DNA of 63,042 nucleotides, the filler included, from Trypethelium eluteriae (lineage: Eukaryota): assembly GCA_051942245.1 (NCBI GenBank). It is 5 parts of 5 records of this genome, joined end to end, with 100 filler letters (N's around TTAATTAATTAA, not from the genome) between each part and the next. Parts side by side here need not be neighbours in the genome. Positions count along the whole stretch, not along the records: positions 12,726 to 25,250 come from JAVECL010000767.1; 4 more parts are not named here. The stretch is one strand, 5' to 3'. Positions 12,626 to 25,350 of this stretch are shown one piece after another. Position 1 is the first letter of the stretch; every line of letters starts with the position of its first letter. The translations under genes were made by a program, and so were the position numbers. The notes beneath the pieces are model-generated. The model worked only from the letters and a program-made list of their open reading frames with translations, searched no databases and was not told where the DNA came from.

Positions 12626-12725
12626 NNNNNNNNNNNNNNNNNNNNNNNNNNNNNNNNNNNNNNNNNNNNTTAATTAATTAANNNNNNNNNNNNNNNNNNN
12701 NNNNNNNNNNNNNNNNNNNNNNNNN
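12626..12725. other. Artificial contig spacer N44-TTAATTAATTAA-N44
   Basis: 100 bp gap with a six-frame stop linker at 12670-12681. Confidence 0.99.
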
Positions 12726-13300
12726 GGATGATGGAGAAGATGGGAGGAGAAGGGTGAGAGGAGAGCAGAGCTTACGCGATGATGCCCACGACGAGGACGT
12801 CGCTGCGTTTCGGCCAGCACGCTGATTGGGCGGGCTCGGCGGCGAGCTTGCGGGCGTGCAGGATGATGAGGGTGGAGGCGACGAGGGAATTGGCGAGGAC
12901 TTGGATGTGGGTGCGTGGCCCTTCGCCACCGGAGGTGCCAGAGGCGGATAGAGTCAGCCGGGCTTTGACATCGTGTTTTACCTGTGATGAGATGAGATAT
13001 TGGAAGAGGTGGTAACCTAAGGTGCCTGGGACGTGCTAGGACATAATTGTAAAGGCCGATCTTGGAGAAGGAAGACACGTTTTATTTTGGGGAGAAACAA
13101 ATAGCAGTAAGTACCTTAGTGACAGCACTGCCAGCGAGGAAGAAGACGCCGAGGAGAGTGAAGAACACGCTCCATGGATGAATGGCATGGATCGTGGCCG
13201 TGATACCTGCAACTACGAGGCCGAGTGGTGTTAGAGATCGGCGGGAGTAGGCACGATAGAGGAGTGCGACAATGGCAGAGATGGCGATCAGTGGCTGCAT
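12726..13300 (-). CDS. DUF92/TMEM19 family membrane protein (3'-partial)
   Basis: AYSRRSLTPLG..FFLAGSAVTK, then an intron, then VKHDVKARLT..GGEGPRTHIQVLANS. Confidence 0.88.
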
Positions 13301-14175
13301 TATAGCAATATCAAAAGTCTTCTTCGAGGCTTCATTGTGGTTGTCAGATTAGGTTTGGTCCATAAATTGAGGTTGTAAGCACCATGGCAAATGTAGAATA
13401 CGGTCAGCCAACTCCGGACTGTTCCGCGAATACCTTACTATCACTCGCAGCTCTCAGGAACCGACTATCCAGCGGGTTTGAAGGGCCTTTGATTGCTGGT
13501 GCATACTGTTGATTGCTCACTTTACTGAGTTTTAATCTTAGGTACTTGACGGTCTGGCCGTAAAATGCGGCGGCTCGGTGGATAAGATAAGGTAGTGAGT
13601 GGAGATAGGAACCATTTCATGAAGTTAAGCTTTGCGGCAATACCACTGCTAGTCAAATTCTCACACTAAGTTCCGAATTTACTGGAGACAACGAAACTTA
13701 TCGATCATGATGTCTTCTGCAATTGTCTAGTCTATGCAAGATGACGTCCTATTGTCACCAGGGCTGTGTAACCAAACTCGAAGCTTTGAGGTGTCTTCGA
13801 GTATCCATGCCTATCCTCGGAGTACTTCGCGGTCTGCAAGGGACAATCCGAAGCGAAAATTTCCGCTGTTTGGGCATGTAGGATGCTCTTTGTGGAGCGT
13901 TCACAAAAGGACAACGCTTGCCATTCTGGTAGTTGAACGTCTGAGGAGCTCGGGCGCGCTTGCGATTTCTTCGATGCCTGGTTCAGTGCAAGCTGTTACT
14001 AAGAAGGCAACCAAGCCGTCATGCAAGTAGTCGTTTGCTCCTATTTAATCGATTTCGATAGCATCATCAACGGCCCGGGCAAAAATTTTCTTCCGATTGC
14101 TTTGAGGCCATCCTCATCCACTGAGTACTGAACACCGGAGCTAATGCTCTTGTCAGCCTTCACTGCAAGTCTCAC

Positions 14176-14883
14176 TCATCCGGGTCGGAGATATTTCTCC
14201 ATCTCGTCGTTTCGATAGAACATCTCTGCCAGCCTTTCGTGCCGACGTCGATTCTGGATCTCGCGCTTGCGGACCTGTTTAGCGTTAAGCCTCTCCACCT
14301 TGTCCGCGGATTTCTTCTTCTTCTTCAGATCCTCATCATCACTTGTGTCACGAGCAGCCAACCCAGCGGTGTCCCTCTTCTCCTTGGGCTTCAGGGGATA
14401 GAGCATGCCCTCGGAGCCGGGGGCTCCCAGACCATTGCGGTTATCCGGGTCCCATCCGTAGGCTTGAAGAATTTGTAGACCTATCCTGTTTCGATCGAGC
14501 GAAGAAGGTGGATGCGAGTGCGGCAGACACACCTGGTGTGCAAGACTTGCCTCATGTGGAACGGCGGCACACGTGGCGTCGATAGGTAGCTTGCAGATGT
14601 CGCACGTTGGTGGACGCGGCGGTTGTCTGTTGGTTGTAGTGGATATCTCTTGCGCCGGAGGGTCTGTACTCGCTTCTGGGTCTATGTTTTTAGGGAAAAC
14701 TACGGCGAGGTATCGTTCTGCAGCGGACGCGCCACTAGCTGTGGTTGAGCTGCCGGGCCTGGGAGTATCATCCTTCTTAGGAGAGATGAACCGGATGCGC
14801 TTGCGTCGTATACCAGCCCCGAAGACCTTCTGCTCGGTTAGTGGAATCTCGTAAAATTCATCATCGCCTTCAACATACGCCAT
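14176..14883 (-). CDS. G-patch domain protein (GPANK1-like)
   Basis: FGAGIRRKRIRF, CxxC..HEASLAH and G-patch GLQILQAYGWDP..GLG..G..P. Confidence 0.85.
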   Translation of the reverse strand: MAYVEGDDEFYEIPLTEQKVFGAGIRRKRIRFISPKKDDTPRPGSSTTASGASAAERYLAVVFPKNIDPEASTDPPAQEISTTTNRQPPRPPTCDICKLPIDATCAAVPHEASLAHQVCLPHSHPPSSLDRNRIGLQILQAYGWDPDNRNGLGAPGSEGMLYPLKPKEKRDTAGLAARDTSDDEDLKKKKKSADKVERLNAKQVRKREIQNRRRHERLAEMFYRNDEMEKYLRPG

Positions 14884-16331
14884 GGCTTAGAGGGCGCTGT
14901 GGAGGCAGAAGCGGGTTGTAGATGTCGTGCAGTGCGGGAGCTAGAGTTTCGGTGACGCTTGGCTACCTGTGGGGCTGCTGTCAGGTACCCACCAGTGCCA
15001 CCCGCGCCACTCATCTGCACTCTCCACTGCGCTTCGGCCATTTTCTCCCACTCAAACCCCAACCTGATCACCGATGTACTGCTGATTCTCGTCGCGCATG
15101 CCACGCGAAAATAATCACCAACTTGATAAAACCCCTGGTCCTTGGTGGATTTCATAGGCGGTCAGCCTAGCCTTTGTGTACTCGACGTCATGTAACCTTC
15201 GTCTGCAAGCGAGTAAGGCCAACTTCATCGGAGCTCCGTCCTTTCATCTTCCCCAGCCTATCCTTCTCAGTCTATTCCAACAAGCGCCAATGCATGAATG
15301 GACCTACTACGTGCCTACCTGAACCCATGACTCGGGCGTGGCAATGCTGAGGCGGGGCGTCTGAGACGTCCGATTACTTGCTATTCGCATCGGGACTACC
15401 TACCTAATCTTCCTATGAGCTTCAGATCACGCGCAGGCACGCCGACCGCGAGGCGTGGCCGGATCTAATTCGAGCTCCCTTCATGCAGTCCTACTGAAGG
15501 TCTGCTATTCGTTTGACCTCATGGTCGTCCTACAGGTTGGTGATCGAGTTTTGAAACGAGGGTGGGCCCACATGTTTGGCTACTGCGTATTGCTCTCCTA
15601 GATGGATTCACAACCTAGTTTACGTGAGTTTCTCTAGAGGTCAGGCCATTTACGCACTAGTCAGACCAGGACTTTGTTTCTAGAGGGAACGGGTAAGCTC
15701 TGGTACTCTATTTTATGGCTGACTGTGTGTTCATGATCATCCTTTCGTATCTTAAATTTCAGTGCATAAAGCGTCATACTAGAGCTGCAGTTACATCCTC
15801 TCACCCTCCGCAGCTCCTCCTGATCACCTGCTGCGGTTTCTAATTCGATCAAATCGTACCCAGAGCCGAGCGGCCCGCCCCCTCTATCCAATGCATTTAC
15901 AGATGTGGCGAATCCTGCAAACACTCGGTCCGGCTTCAATATTCTGGGCTGGATCATACTCTCTTACGACAAGGATCTGCTACTTCACTCACCAAAATAA
16001 CATGTGACCTAAGGTAGTGCCCGGCGTTGAAGATCCGCCAACCTCTTTAGGTAGGATTCAGCGGGTTCAGCTCGTTCACTTCGGATCTCTCCTAATTTGA
16101 CAGTGAGGCCCGGTATTCCGTTTTGTTCTTCCACGTTTGGATAAAGGACCAAATCTTTTCCTCAAATATATAAGTGGAACTTTTTAGCCGCTCAGAGTGG
16201 CTTCAGTTCCATCTTTCAGCAACCTTATTGAAGCTTTGGTATTCATCAGTGACCATTCACCGTATCCTTATTCAAGTTTTTTCTCTGCAGAAACCTGTCT
16301 CGAAACCACTCACACCTTAACAATTGTCAAA

Positions 16332-17423
16332 ATGCCTTTTCGAACGACAGTTCGACGAGAGTTGCTGTTCGTCCTACTCCAGGGCTGTCTTGTCCTTGCT
16401 CAAAGCACCAACCCTTCAACATACATGGACAATGCCTTGAATGCTGCTGGCGTCCTGAATGATGTCTACTACAATGCCAGTACTGGATTGTGGAACAATC
16501 TCTGGTGGAACAGTGGCAATGCCCTGACTGCGATTACTGATGTTGCAAAAGCCGATTCCAACTACGCCAGCACTGCTGAGGGCATCTTCGCAACAACATT
16601 TCAGAATGCTCCTGGCCGTGGCGGAGGCCCGGGCTGGACCAATAACTTCTATGATGACGAGGGCTGGTGGGCGCTTGGATGGATAGACGCATTTGATCTG
16701 ACGAGCAATCAGAGCTACTTCGCTGCTGCTGCGGATATCTACAATGACATGCAAACTGGTGATAATGCCACATGCGGAGGTCACTGGTGGGACAAGCCCC
16801 ACTCGGCCAATACAGCAATCGGGAATGAGCTTTACTTGAGCGTTGCTGCGCATCTTGCAGAGCGCACCTCGGGTGATGACCGAACCGGCTACTTGAATGA
16901 CGCGCTAAATGAGTGGAACTGGTTCAAGAACTCCGGCTTGATCGACACCAACAATATCGTGCACGATGGTCTCGATCTCTCAACTTGCCAGGTCGACGCT
17001 GGATCCCCTACATTCACTTACAATCAGGGTGTTATTCTTGGTGGCCTCATCTCGCTCAACAACGTTTCGCCTGATCCATCCTACTTACAAACCGCATCTA
17101 ACATTGCCCACGCAGTGCTGGCACACATGGTCGATGACAATGGCATCCTCATTGAATACGGTGGCTCTCTCACTCCCGACGAGAACGCTTCACAATTCAA
17201 GGGCGTCTTTGTGCGTAACCTTATGGCTTTACAGCAAGTCCAGCCAGATTCGGCGTACGTCAGCTTCCTTCAAAAGAATGCCGACAGCCTCTGGGCTAAC
17301 GCGAGAGATTCTTCTTCGGGACTCATCGGGCCGGATTGGCAAGGACCATTTGAGGACAATGATATGTCGAGTCAAAATTCAGCTGTCAGCTGCTTGCTTG
17401 CAGCCTATGTTGCATCACAGTGA
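16332..17423 (+). CDS. Secreted glycoside hydrolase family 76 (alpha-1,6-mannanase-like)
   Basis: Signal peptide from ATG 16332. Motifs WWNSGN, catalytic YDDEGWW, CGGHWW, TYNQGVILGGL and QFKGVFVRNL. TATA-like TATATAA at ~16168. Confidence 0.92.
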   Translation: MPFRTTVRRELLFVLLQGCLVLAQSTNPSTYMDNALNAAGVLNDVYYNASTGLWNNLWWNSGNALTAITDVAKADSNYASTAEGIFATTFQNAPGRGGGPGWTNNFYDDEGWWALGWIDAFDLTSNQSYFAAAADIYNDMQTGDNATCGGHWWDKPHSANTAIGNELYLSVAAHLAERTSGDDRTGYLNDALNEWNWFKNSGLIDTNNIVHDGLDLSTCQVDAGSPTFTYNQGVILGGLISLNNVSPDPSYLQTASNIAHAVLAHMVDDNGILIEYGGSLTPDENASQFKGVFVRNLMALQQVQPDSAYVSFLQKNADSLWANARDSSSGLIGPDWQGPFEDNDMSSQNSAVSCLLAAYVASQ

Positions 17424-18551
17424 CCGCGTTTCCAGCTATTGCTTCACTGTACATACCTTTGCTTTTTGATTCTTCTTTTCGTGGAGGCTATTCACGCGCG
17501 TGGTTTTATTTTCGAGAATATGACTTAACAGCGAATTGCCCAGTGGGTCGCGTCATGCTGGTTGCATTTTCAGATTACCCTCCTTATGAGATCCTACTGT
17601 CGTACTGAGTCTTCATGCGTAGCATCTGAACGGAACAGTCTTTGTGTCTATTGCTACTTTAACAATTTTCAAAAAGTGCACGACCATGACGTGGTGCGCT
17701 AGGGTGACATAGACCGCATGACAAACCTGATAAGGCATAGGCTTAGGATGACCGGTGGTGTTCGACTTACCTAGGTACCTATCGCAAACAAGGCCATAAG
17801 GCTGTAAAATTATCCACGTGATATGTAGGGCAACGGAGGACAACCATGGCTGCCTGCCCGATGAAGCAGTTCGGCACGCCCGTCTGACCATCTCCAACAA
17901 CTCTGCAGCGCGCGTGGACACTCTTTAGGATGGAGATATGCAACTGCCATGTAGCAGCTGCTGACGCCAATAGGGCCTTTCCCATACCGCTGTAGACTCT
18001 AAAAGAGTTTTTTCATCATCCGAATCAGGCACCTAGATATTCTGTCAATCGGGGTCTCTCCACAGACTGAGAAATGAAAGTCGATATGATGAAGATCTTT
18101 CAGATAATTGAACATATCGTGATCCATGAGGATCGTATATGGTTGAGGCAATGGTATAAGCATGTCATCAGGTGAAAACGTAAAGGCGTTAAATTGAGCA
18201 ATTACTCTGCGGCTCTTTAAGCCACTCAGAGAGGATAGCAGCTTTGTAAGAAGAAATCAGCTCCTTGGAGACAGTTGCAGGAGATGGTGTAGCAGAGGTG
18301 CACAGGTGTATACCTAGTTTGATGAGGCAGAAGGTAATTAGCAACACCTAGGTAGGTTGAATGGGACGGAAGGGGTGGGGTTGGGTGGAAGTTCAGGCAT
18401 GGTGGTCTTCTATTACGGCAGGCGAGAGAGCCAACACCGGCAACAACCCTCCTTCTCCCACCTAGTCGTCATATCTCTTATCATTGAATACGCACGTTTG
18501 GTTCACGAAAGTCTCCATGGTCCCCCAAGCTCCATCAAAATCTTCTGGATC

Positions 18552-21501
18552 ATGAGCGGGAGGCTACTCGCCGCACGCCTCGTACCCTTTACTCGGCGGA
18601 TCCAAAGTTATGCGCCCAGAAGACCGACCTTCTACTCTACTTCTACGGCTGGGGGCTTGCTCCGGACAAATGCTGGACCAAGGGTTGCAAATCAACCCAG
18701 CCGTCCCCTCGGTGCATACTCACTACACAATGTACCGGCTATACGCTCGATATCATTTGTACGCATCTTACCTCAACTTGCCTTGAAGCTTGCTCGAATC
18801 CCTGCCTTGTTTGGCGCAACGGCTATCGCTGGGTTGGCCTACGTACAGTATCAGGCACAGCGTAAGCTAGAATCTCCGCAAAGACAGGCCGATCACTGAC
18901 TGTTCTCAATAGAGGCGGGTACATACGCAAAGGATATTTTCAACTCGGCGGTTGGCGCAGCTTCGGGTGCGGCGGGAACGGCTTATGGAGGTGCACAGGG
19001 GATCTTTGAGCAGACAAGGAGGGGCTGGGAGAGGACCAAGCAGGATGTGGAAATGCCGCAGTGGCTAAGAAATATCTTTGAACCAGAAGAAGAATCATCA
19101 TCTGGGGGACATGGCGGACCAAATGGACCAGGAGGCTCTCCCAAGAAGGCCGGCTCTGGCGCAGCAGCTGCAGGGGCTGCGACTTCTGCTGCTTTTGGCC
19201 TCCAGTCAGATTCGGAAGATGATACCCGATCAGACGAACACTCTGCAAAGGACGATCAAATGATGATGTTGACTAAGAAGATGATTGAAATCCGAGGCCT
19301 TCTGCAAACCGTTGGACAATCCGAAGCTCTGACGTTACCCTCCATCGTCGTGATCGGATCCCAATCTTCAGGAAAAAGTTCGGTATTGGAAGCCATCGTT
19401 GGCCATGAGTTCTTACCAAAAGGTTCCAACATGGTGACTCGGCGACCAATAGAGTTAACGTTAGTGAACACACCACAAGCCCGTGCAGAGTATGGAGAAT
19501 TTCCTGCTCTATGTTTGGGCAAAGTCACGGATTTCTCCCAAATACAGAAAACTCTGACAGATCTGAACTTGGCTGTGCCCGAAAAAGAATGCGTCTCGGA
19601 TGACCCCATCCAACTCCGCATCTATTCTCCGAACGTACCAGACTTGTCGCTGATCGATTTGCCTGGGTATATCCAAGTATCTGGTTTCGACCAGCCCACC
19701 GAATTGAAGCAAAGGATAACGGAGCTTTGCGATAAATATATACAACCTCCAAATGTCATTCTCGCAATTTCGGCCGCAGATGTCGATCTGGCAAACTCCA
19801 CTTCTCTCCGAGCCAGCAGAAGGGTCGACCCGCGTGGTGAGAGAACCATTGGAGTCATCACTAAAATGGACCTTGTTGAGCCCGAGCGAGGTGCGAGTCT
19901 GTTGAGTGACAAGAAATATCCCTTGCGACTAGGTTATGTGGGAGTCGTGTGCAAGATACCGCAAAGCACTGGTGGGCTTTTCTCTCGTGGCAATTCGAAT
20001 ATCACGAACGCGATTGTGCGACATGAGAATGCATATTTCTCTTCACATCCAGACGAATATGGACAGGGGTCAGAGCTCTCCGTGGGCACAACGAACTTGA
20101 GGAAAAAGTTGATGCATGTACTGGAGCAAACCATGGCAGCGAGTTTGGCGACCACTGGAGAGGCAATTCATCGGGAACTCTCTGAGGCAACATACGAATA
20201 CAAAGTCCAATACAATGAGCGAGCTTTGAGCGCAGAGTCATATCTGGCTGAGAGCCTTGACACATTCAAGCATACATTCAAGGACTTTGCTGATCACTTT
20301 GGACGGCCAGAAGTTCGTTCAATTATCAAACAGGAGCTCGATCAGCAAGTGCTGAATCTACTTGCCCAAAGATATTGGAACAAGCCACTTGAGGATCTTA
20401 CTCCGCAAATGCTAGAGACGGACCCTTTGAGCGAGCTGCCGACAGCAGACCCGGAAAATCCAATTTGGCACCTGAAGCTTGATGCCTCGACTGCGTCTCT
20501 TACGAAGCTCGGCATTGGCCGACTAGCTACGGCTGTCGTTGCCAACACTGTGCAGACCAACGTGGAACAGCTATTAGCTTCTTCACCATTCTCTGCGCAC
20601 CCCTCGGCTCGCAAAGCTGCCACTGATGCATCCTCTGCCATTCTTAAAGATCTATCCTATGACACTAGCGACGAGCTCGAAATCTGTATCAAGCCATACA
20701 AATATAGGATTGAGTTGGACGACGCAGAATGGACAAAAGGTAGAGAAGCCATCTCCAACGTGCTCAAAGCTGAATTGAAGGACTGCGAAAGTGCCGTCAA
20801 GCATGTGGAGGGCGAGATTGGCGGACGAAAGAAGCTCAAAGACGTCTTGGCATTCATCGATCGTGTACGAAGCGGGGAAGTAGTCTTGGAGGGCGATGGA
20901 ACTGCTGGTGCTGGTGGCTTCAGCGCTGCCCTCTTGAGAAAAGGTACTGGTAGTTCTGGAAATGCTTGCTCATAATGCATCAGCTAATGGCAACGATATC
21001 ACAGGTCGGGAAGCAGCATTCCTTCGCGACCGACTCGATATTCTCAGACTTCGTCTTGCGGCTGTGCAATCGAAGCAATGCGCAAATAAGAAGAACAAGT
21101 ATTATTGCCCTGAGGTCTTTCTTGACGCAGTGGCGGACAAATTGACTTCAACTGCGGACCTATTCCTCGATGCAGAACTGCTGTCGAAGTTTTACTACAA
21201 TGTGAGTTCACTGCGCTACAAATCTAAAAGAATATCTCTGATCTGATCACAGTTTCCACGGGAACTGGATGCCCGGCTTGGGCGAGGCTTATCTGAAGCC
21301 GACATCGAGAGGTTTGCTCGTGAGGATCCTAAAATTCGACGGCACCTCGAAGTTGTTCGACGAAAGGAGCTTCTCGAGCATGTCTTGAAGGAAATGGAGG
21401 CGTTGAGACAAATCGAGGCGAGGGAGAAGCGATATGGTGCGAGATCATCACGGATATCGCAACAGGACAAAGAAAAGGGGAAAGCGTGGGGCTTTTTCTA
21501 G
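18552..21501 (+). CDS. MGM1: Mitochondrial dynamin-like GTPase Mgm1/OPA1
   Basis: Arg-rich mitochondrial presequence and a TM segment. G motifs GSQSSGKS, VTRRP, DLPG and TKMD. Ends with FAREDPKIRRHL. Introns ~18862..18912, ~20944..21004 and ~21202..21251. Confidence 0.96.
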
Positions 21502-21921
21502 GCAAGGAATACGGGATGAATTGTGCTAATTAGGGGCGTTGGTGTTGTTGGCTGAGTCTGTAATAGAGATACCAATTTGCCAAGCACGCGCGGCTGAAGC
21601 GAGCGAGGCCCATTCTGGATAAGTAAATGGACGTTATTCTACTCATTCCTCGATGATCATTTGACCGTGTTAAAACATCGATTTTGATCGTAGAGACGGC
21701 TGTCTTCAGTTGGCGTTTCAGCCCAAGCCCGTGGCGGATCGCACCTTAGGAAAATGGTGTATGTCATACGTCAGCTGGGCATGGCTTGGGAGAATAGAGG
21801 GAGCAGTTCAGCTTATATAGGCAGACACGGTACACAGATAGAAGTTTGAGCAAGAAATTGCTGTTCCTCTACAATCGTCGTCGGGTAGTCGGATTCGAGT
21901 TGCAGCTTTATCGTCGCCGTC

Positions 21922-24900
21922 ATGACGACTCCGGCTTCGGCCTTGCAGCGCGGGACCTCGTCCGCCCAGCCCTACACCTGCTCGCCATATAGCTCACCTT
22001 ATAGCTCACCTTACGCCGCCCCACCACCACCACGACCGTCATACGGGTCGCCTTATAGTTCTCCCTACAGTCCACCGACCTTCCTCGGCGGTGGTCCACC
22101 GCCTTCTTCGATGACCCATTCCAGCAAGCGATCTCAGCCATCGTCCGAAGTGCATCGGTCCACCTCTGCTGGTAGGAAGAGGAAGCTTCAGTCCCGCCAC
22201 CAACCCACGGGTCGACAGCAGTCCATTCCTGACGTTTTTACTTGCCAGCAGAAGGCAACCAGTGTCAAAGACGATTCGAGCCTTTCTCCTAATAGCAAAA
22301 GGCGCAAGCAGGATTCCTCTGCTCCTACTCCTCCGAAACCTCAGACTCCCCCTAGGACCATGGCCACTGCGGAGATGTATAGTTTTCCGCAGAAAAGATC
22401 TCCACAAAGTACGACATGCATAGATCTGACTGGCTCTCCCGATCCGAGCCCTAAGGCACGCACATCAAATGGTTTCCACGTTGGCAAAGGACCGTCTGGT
22501 TCCCGCGTTGGGGCCAAGAAGCTCATAGTCAAGAATTTGAAGGCACCATCCAAGACGAATCCAACTGAATACCTTGAACAAATATGGTCAAAATTGGACA
22601 AAGCATTGGATCTGATTTTCGCGGAGGGGAAAGTGACCTTTCCTTTGGAAGAGCTTTATCGAGGCGTGGAGAATGTCTGTCGTCAAGGCCATGCGTCAAC
22701 CATTCACACAAGACTCAAGGCAAGATGTACAAGGAACGTAACACGCGTGTTGAAGACTCCACTGGTTGAAAAAGCTGGTGAGCAAAACGTGGATGTATTG
22801 CGAGCTGTACTGGGTGCTTGGGCGCGCTGGAAGACTCAAATGGTGGGTTCAAGCAATATTGGATTGCCATTCCAGGAATTTCAAGGCTAATAAAAAATCA
22901 AAATAGGTTATCGTTCAGTCGATTTTCTACTATATGGACCGATCCTATCTCCTCCAATCACCAGAACCCTCACTTAGAGAAATGGCAATTGAAATGTTCC
23001 GGGTCAACATCTTTGATGATTTCATGTTGAACCCCAGGGTCGTGTCCGGTGCTTGCGATCTCATCGCCGCAGACAGGAATCAAGAGCCTCTGGATACTTC
23101 CACCTTTCGCCAAGCAATCAATATGTTCCATGAAATTTCTGTTTATTCCAACAGCTTTGAGCCTCGGATGCTTGAGTTGTCGCAAGATTACATTTTACAG
23201 TGGTCAAACCAGGCCTGTAACGAAATGGAACTTGCGGAATACATTCGCGCCTGCGTGCAGTTCATTGATCGTGAAATCAAGCGATGTGAAGTCTTTGGGC
23301 TCGACAGGACAACACGGAAAGCGCTGCTCGTCACTCTGGAAGATTTGCTGGTGGAGAAGAGGCTCAAGAGGCTAGGTAAGCATTTACGTTTATTGCTATG
23401 CCGACCGTCCGATCATTTCTTTAACGTGTCGTGCAGTTTTACGCCAGGATGTTGCGCAATTGCTCCAAGACAATGACATGGACAGTCTCGAACAGCTATA
23501 CGCGCTCCTACAAAGACGTCGATTCGGTTCAAAGCTCAAACCTGCATTCGAATCGTGGATCAACTCAGCAGGGGAGTCAATTGTATTTGACGAGGAGCAT
23601 CAAGATGAAATGGTGGTCAACTTGCTGTCATTGAAGAAGCAGCTTGACATCTCTTGGAGAGTCGCTTTCCGGAAAGACGAAGAGCTTGGTCATGGACTTC
23701 GAGAAGCTTTTGAGGCATTCATGAACAAGCAGAAGAAGACAAGTGCTACCTGGAACACGGACAATTCGAAACCTGGCGAGATGATTGCCAAATACGTAGA
23801 TATGCTTCTACGAGGTGGAGCCAAGGCAATCCCCACCTCCCTATCGTTGGCAAATTCAAGGGTGAAATTAGTCGAAGATGATGATGACGAGGCTGCGATT
23901 GACGAAGAGAGTGAAGTCAATCAGCAACTGGACCAAGTTCTTGATCTCTTCAGATTCGTACACGGAAAAGCGGTTTTCGAGGCCTTCTACAAGAAAGATC
24001 TTGCGCGACGCCTTCTCATGGGTCGCAGTGCAAGTGCTGATGCAGAAAGAAGTATGCTTCAAAGATTGAAGACCGAGTGCGGTGCTGGCTTCACTCAAAA
24101 TCTTGAGCAGATGTTCAAAGATATTGAGCTGGCTCGAGAGGAGATGAACTCATACAAAACTATGATTGAAGAAAGAGATGGTCGACCCTCCCTAGATCTC
24201 AACGTTAACATCCTTTCTGCAGCAGCATGGCCCACATATCCTGACATTCCTGTCATCGTACCAATCAACATCAACGCCGCCATCGAAAATTTTACTAGAC
24301 ACTACAAGTCAAAACACGGCGGCCGCAAGTTGGATTGGAAGCATGCTCTGGCACATTGTCAAATCAAAGCAAGTTTCGCAAAGGGCAACAAGGAGCTCGT
24401 GGTTTCCTCTTTCCAGGCTGTTGTACTCCTATTATTTAATGCCGTCAGTCCGGATGAGCACCTGAGTTATGAACACATCAAAGCAGCCACAGGATTGCGT
24501 AAGTAACCTAGCTTTCTTCCCTGATATACATGCGGATGCTTATGTTTGACAGCCGATAACGAGGTCAAACGCACACTGCAGTCTCTCGCTTGTGCGAAGT
24601 TGCGCCCTCTTAGCAAATATCCCAAAGGACGAGAAATCAACGATGACGACACTTTCACCATCAACGCAGGATTTTCGCACGAGAAGTATCGGGTCAAGAT
24701 CAATCAAGTGCAGCTTAAAGAGACCAAGGAGGAAAATAAGGAAACTCACGAAAGGGTAGCGGCCGACAGAGCATTTGAAACACAAGCCGCGATTGTGCGA
24801 ATTATGAAGAGTAGGAAGCTCATCACTCATGCAGAATTGGTAGCCGAAGTCATCAAGGCAACCAAGAGCAGAGGTCAATTAAATGTCGCTGATATCAAGA

Positions 24901-25035
24901 AGAACATCGACAGGTGAGTTCCAAAGATGGCTTTTGTATTGCAGTCAAGACTTGAACTAACAACCAATTCACAGGCTCATTGAGAAGGATTACATGGAGC
25001 GAGAAGAGAACAATAGTTACAGCTACATTGCCTGA
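21922..25035 (+). CDS. CUL4: Cullin-4 (multi-exon; start could be ATG 21922 or 22111)
   Basis: KKLIVKN, LEELYRGVENVC, LFRFVHGKAVFEAFYKKDLARRLL, neddylation motif QAAIVRIMKSRK and C-terminal LIEKDYMERE..YSYIA. Confidence 0.95.
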
Positions 25036-25250
25036 TTCGGCGACATCTGGCTAATGATCAGCTTAGAAATTGCGATGCAAGCTGATTTGTCAAACGGTAG
25101 TCCATAGAGATAGACATACCAAAATCACGAGTAAATGTTACGACCTGTACGCACAATCATCGCAACCATATCATCTACGGCTTTGCATTTGCCCATGAGC
25201 TCTAATTTTCATCCCTCCCCAAATTCATCTGGCCCCCTAGAGTCCACACC

Positions 25251-25350
25251 NNNNNNNNNNNNNNNNNNNNNNNNNNNNNNNNNNNNNNNNNNNNTTAATT
25301 AATTAANNNNNNNNNNNNNNNNNNNNNNNNNNNNNNNNNNNNNNNNNNNN
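25251..25350. other. Artificial contig spacer N44-TTAATTAATTAA-N44
   Basis: Identical 100 bp linker. Confidence 0.99.

Noticed and set aside
12670..12681. TTAATTAATTAA repeated at ~12.6 kb periodicity as a biological repeat or target site
   Set aside because: It is always centred in exactly 44+44 N. It is an assembly linker, and the periodicity reflects size-sorted contigs.
16197..16331. GTG-initiated N-terminal extension of GH76 (and similar non-ATG starts in the ORF track)
   Set aside because: Eukaryotic gene. The ATG at 16332 gives a proper signal peptide downstream of a TATA box.
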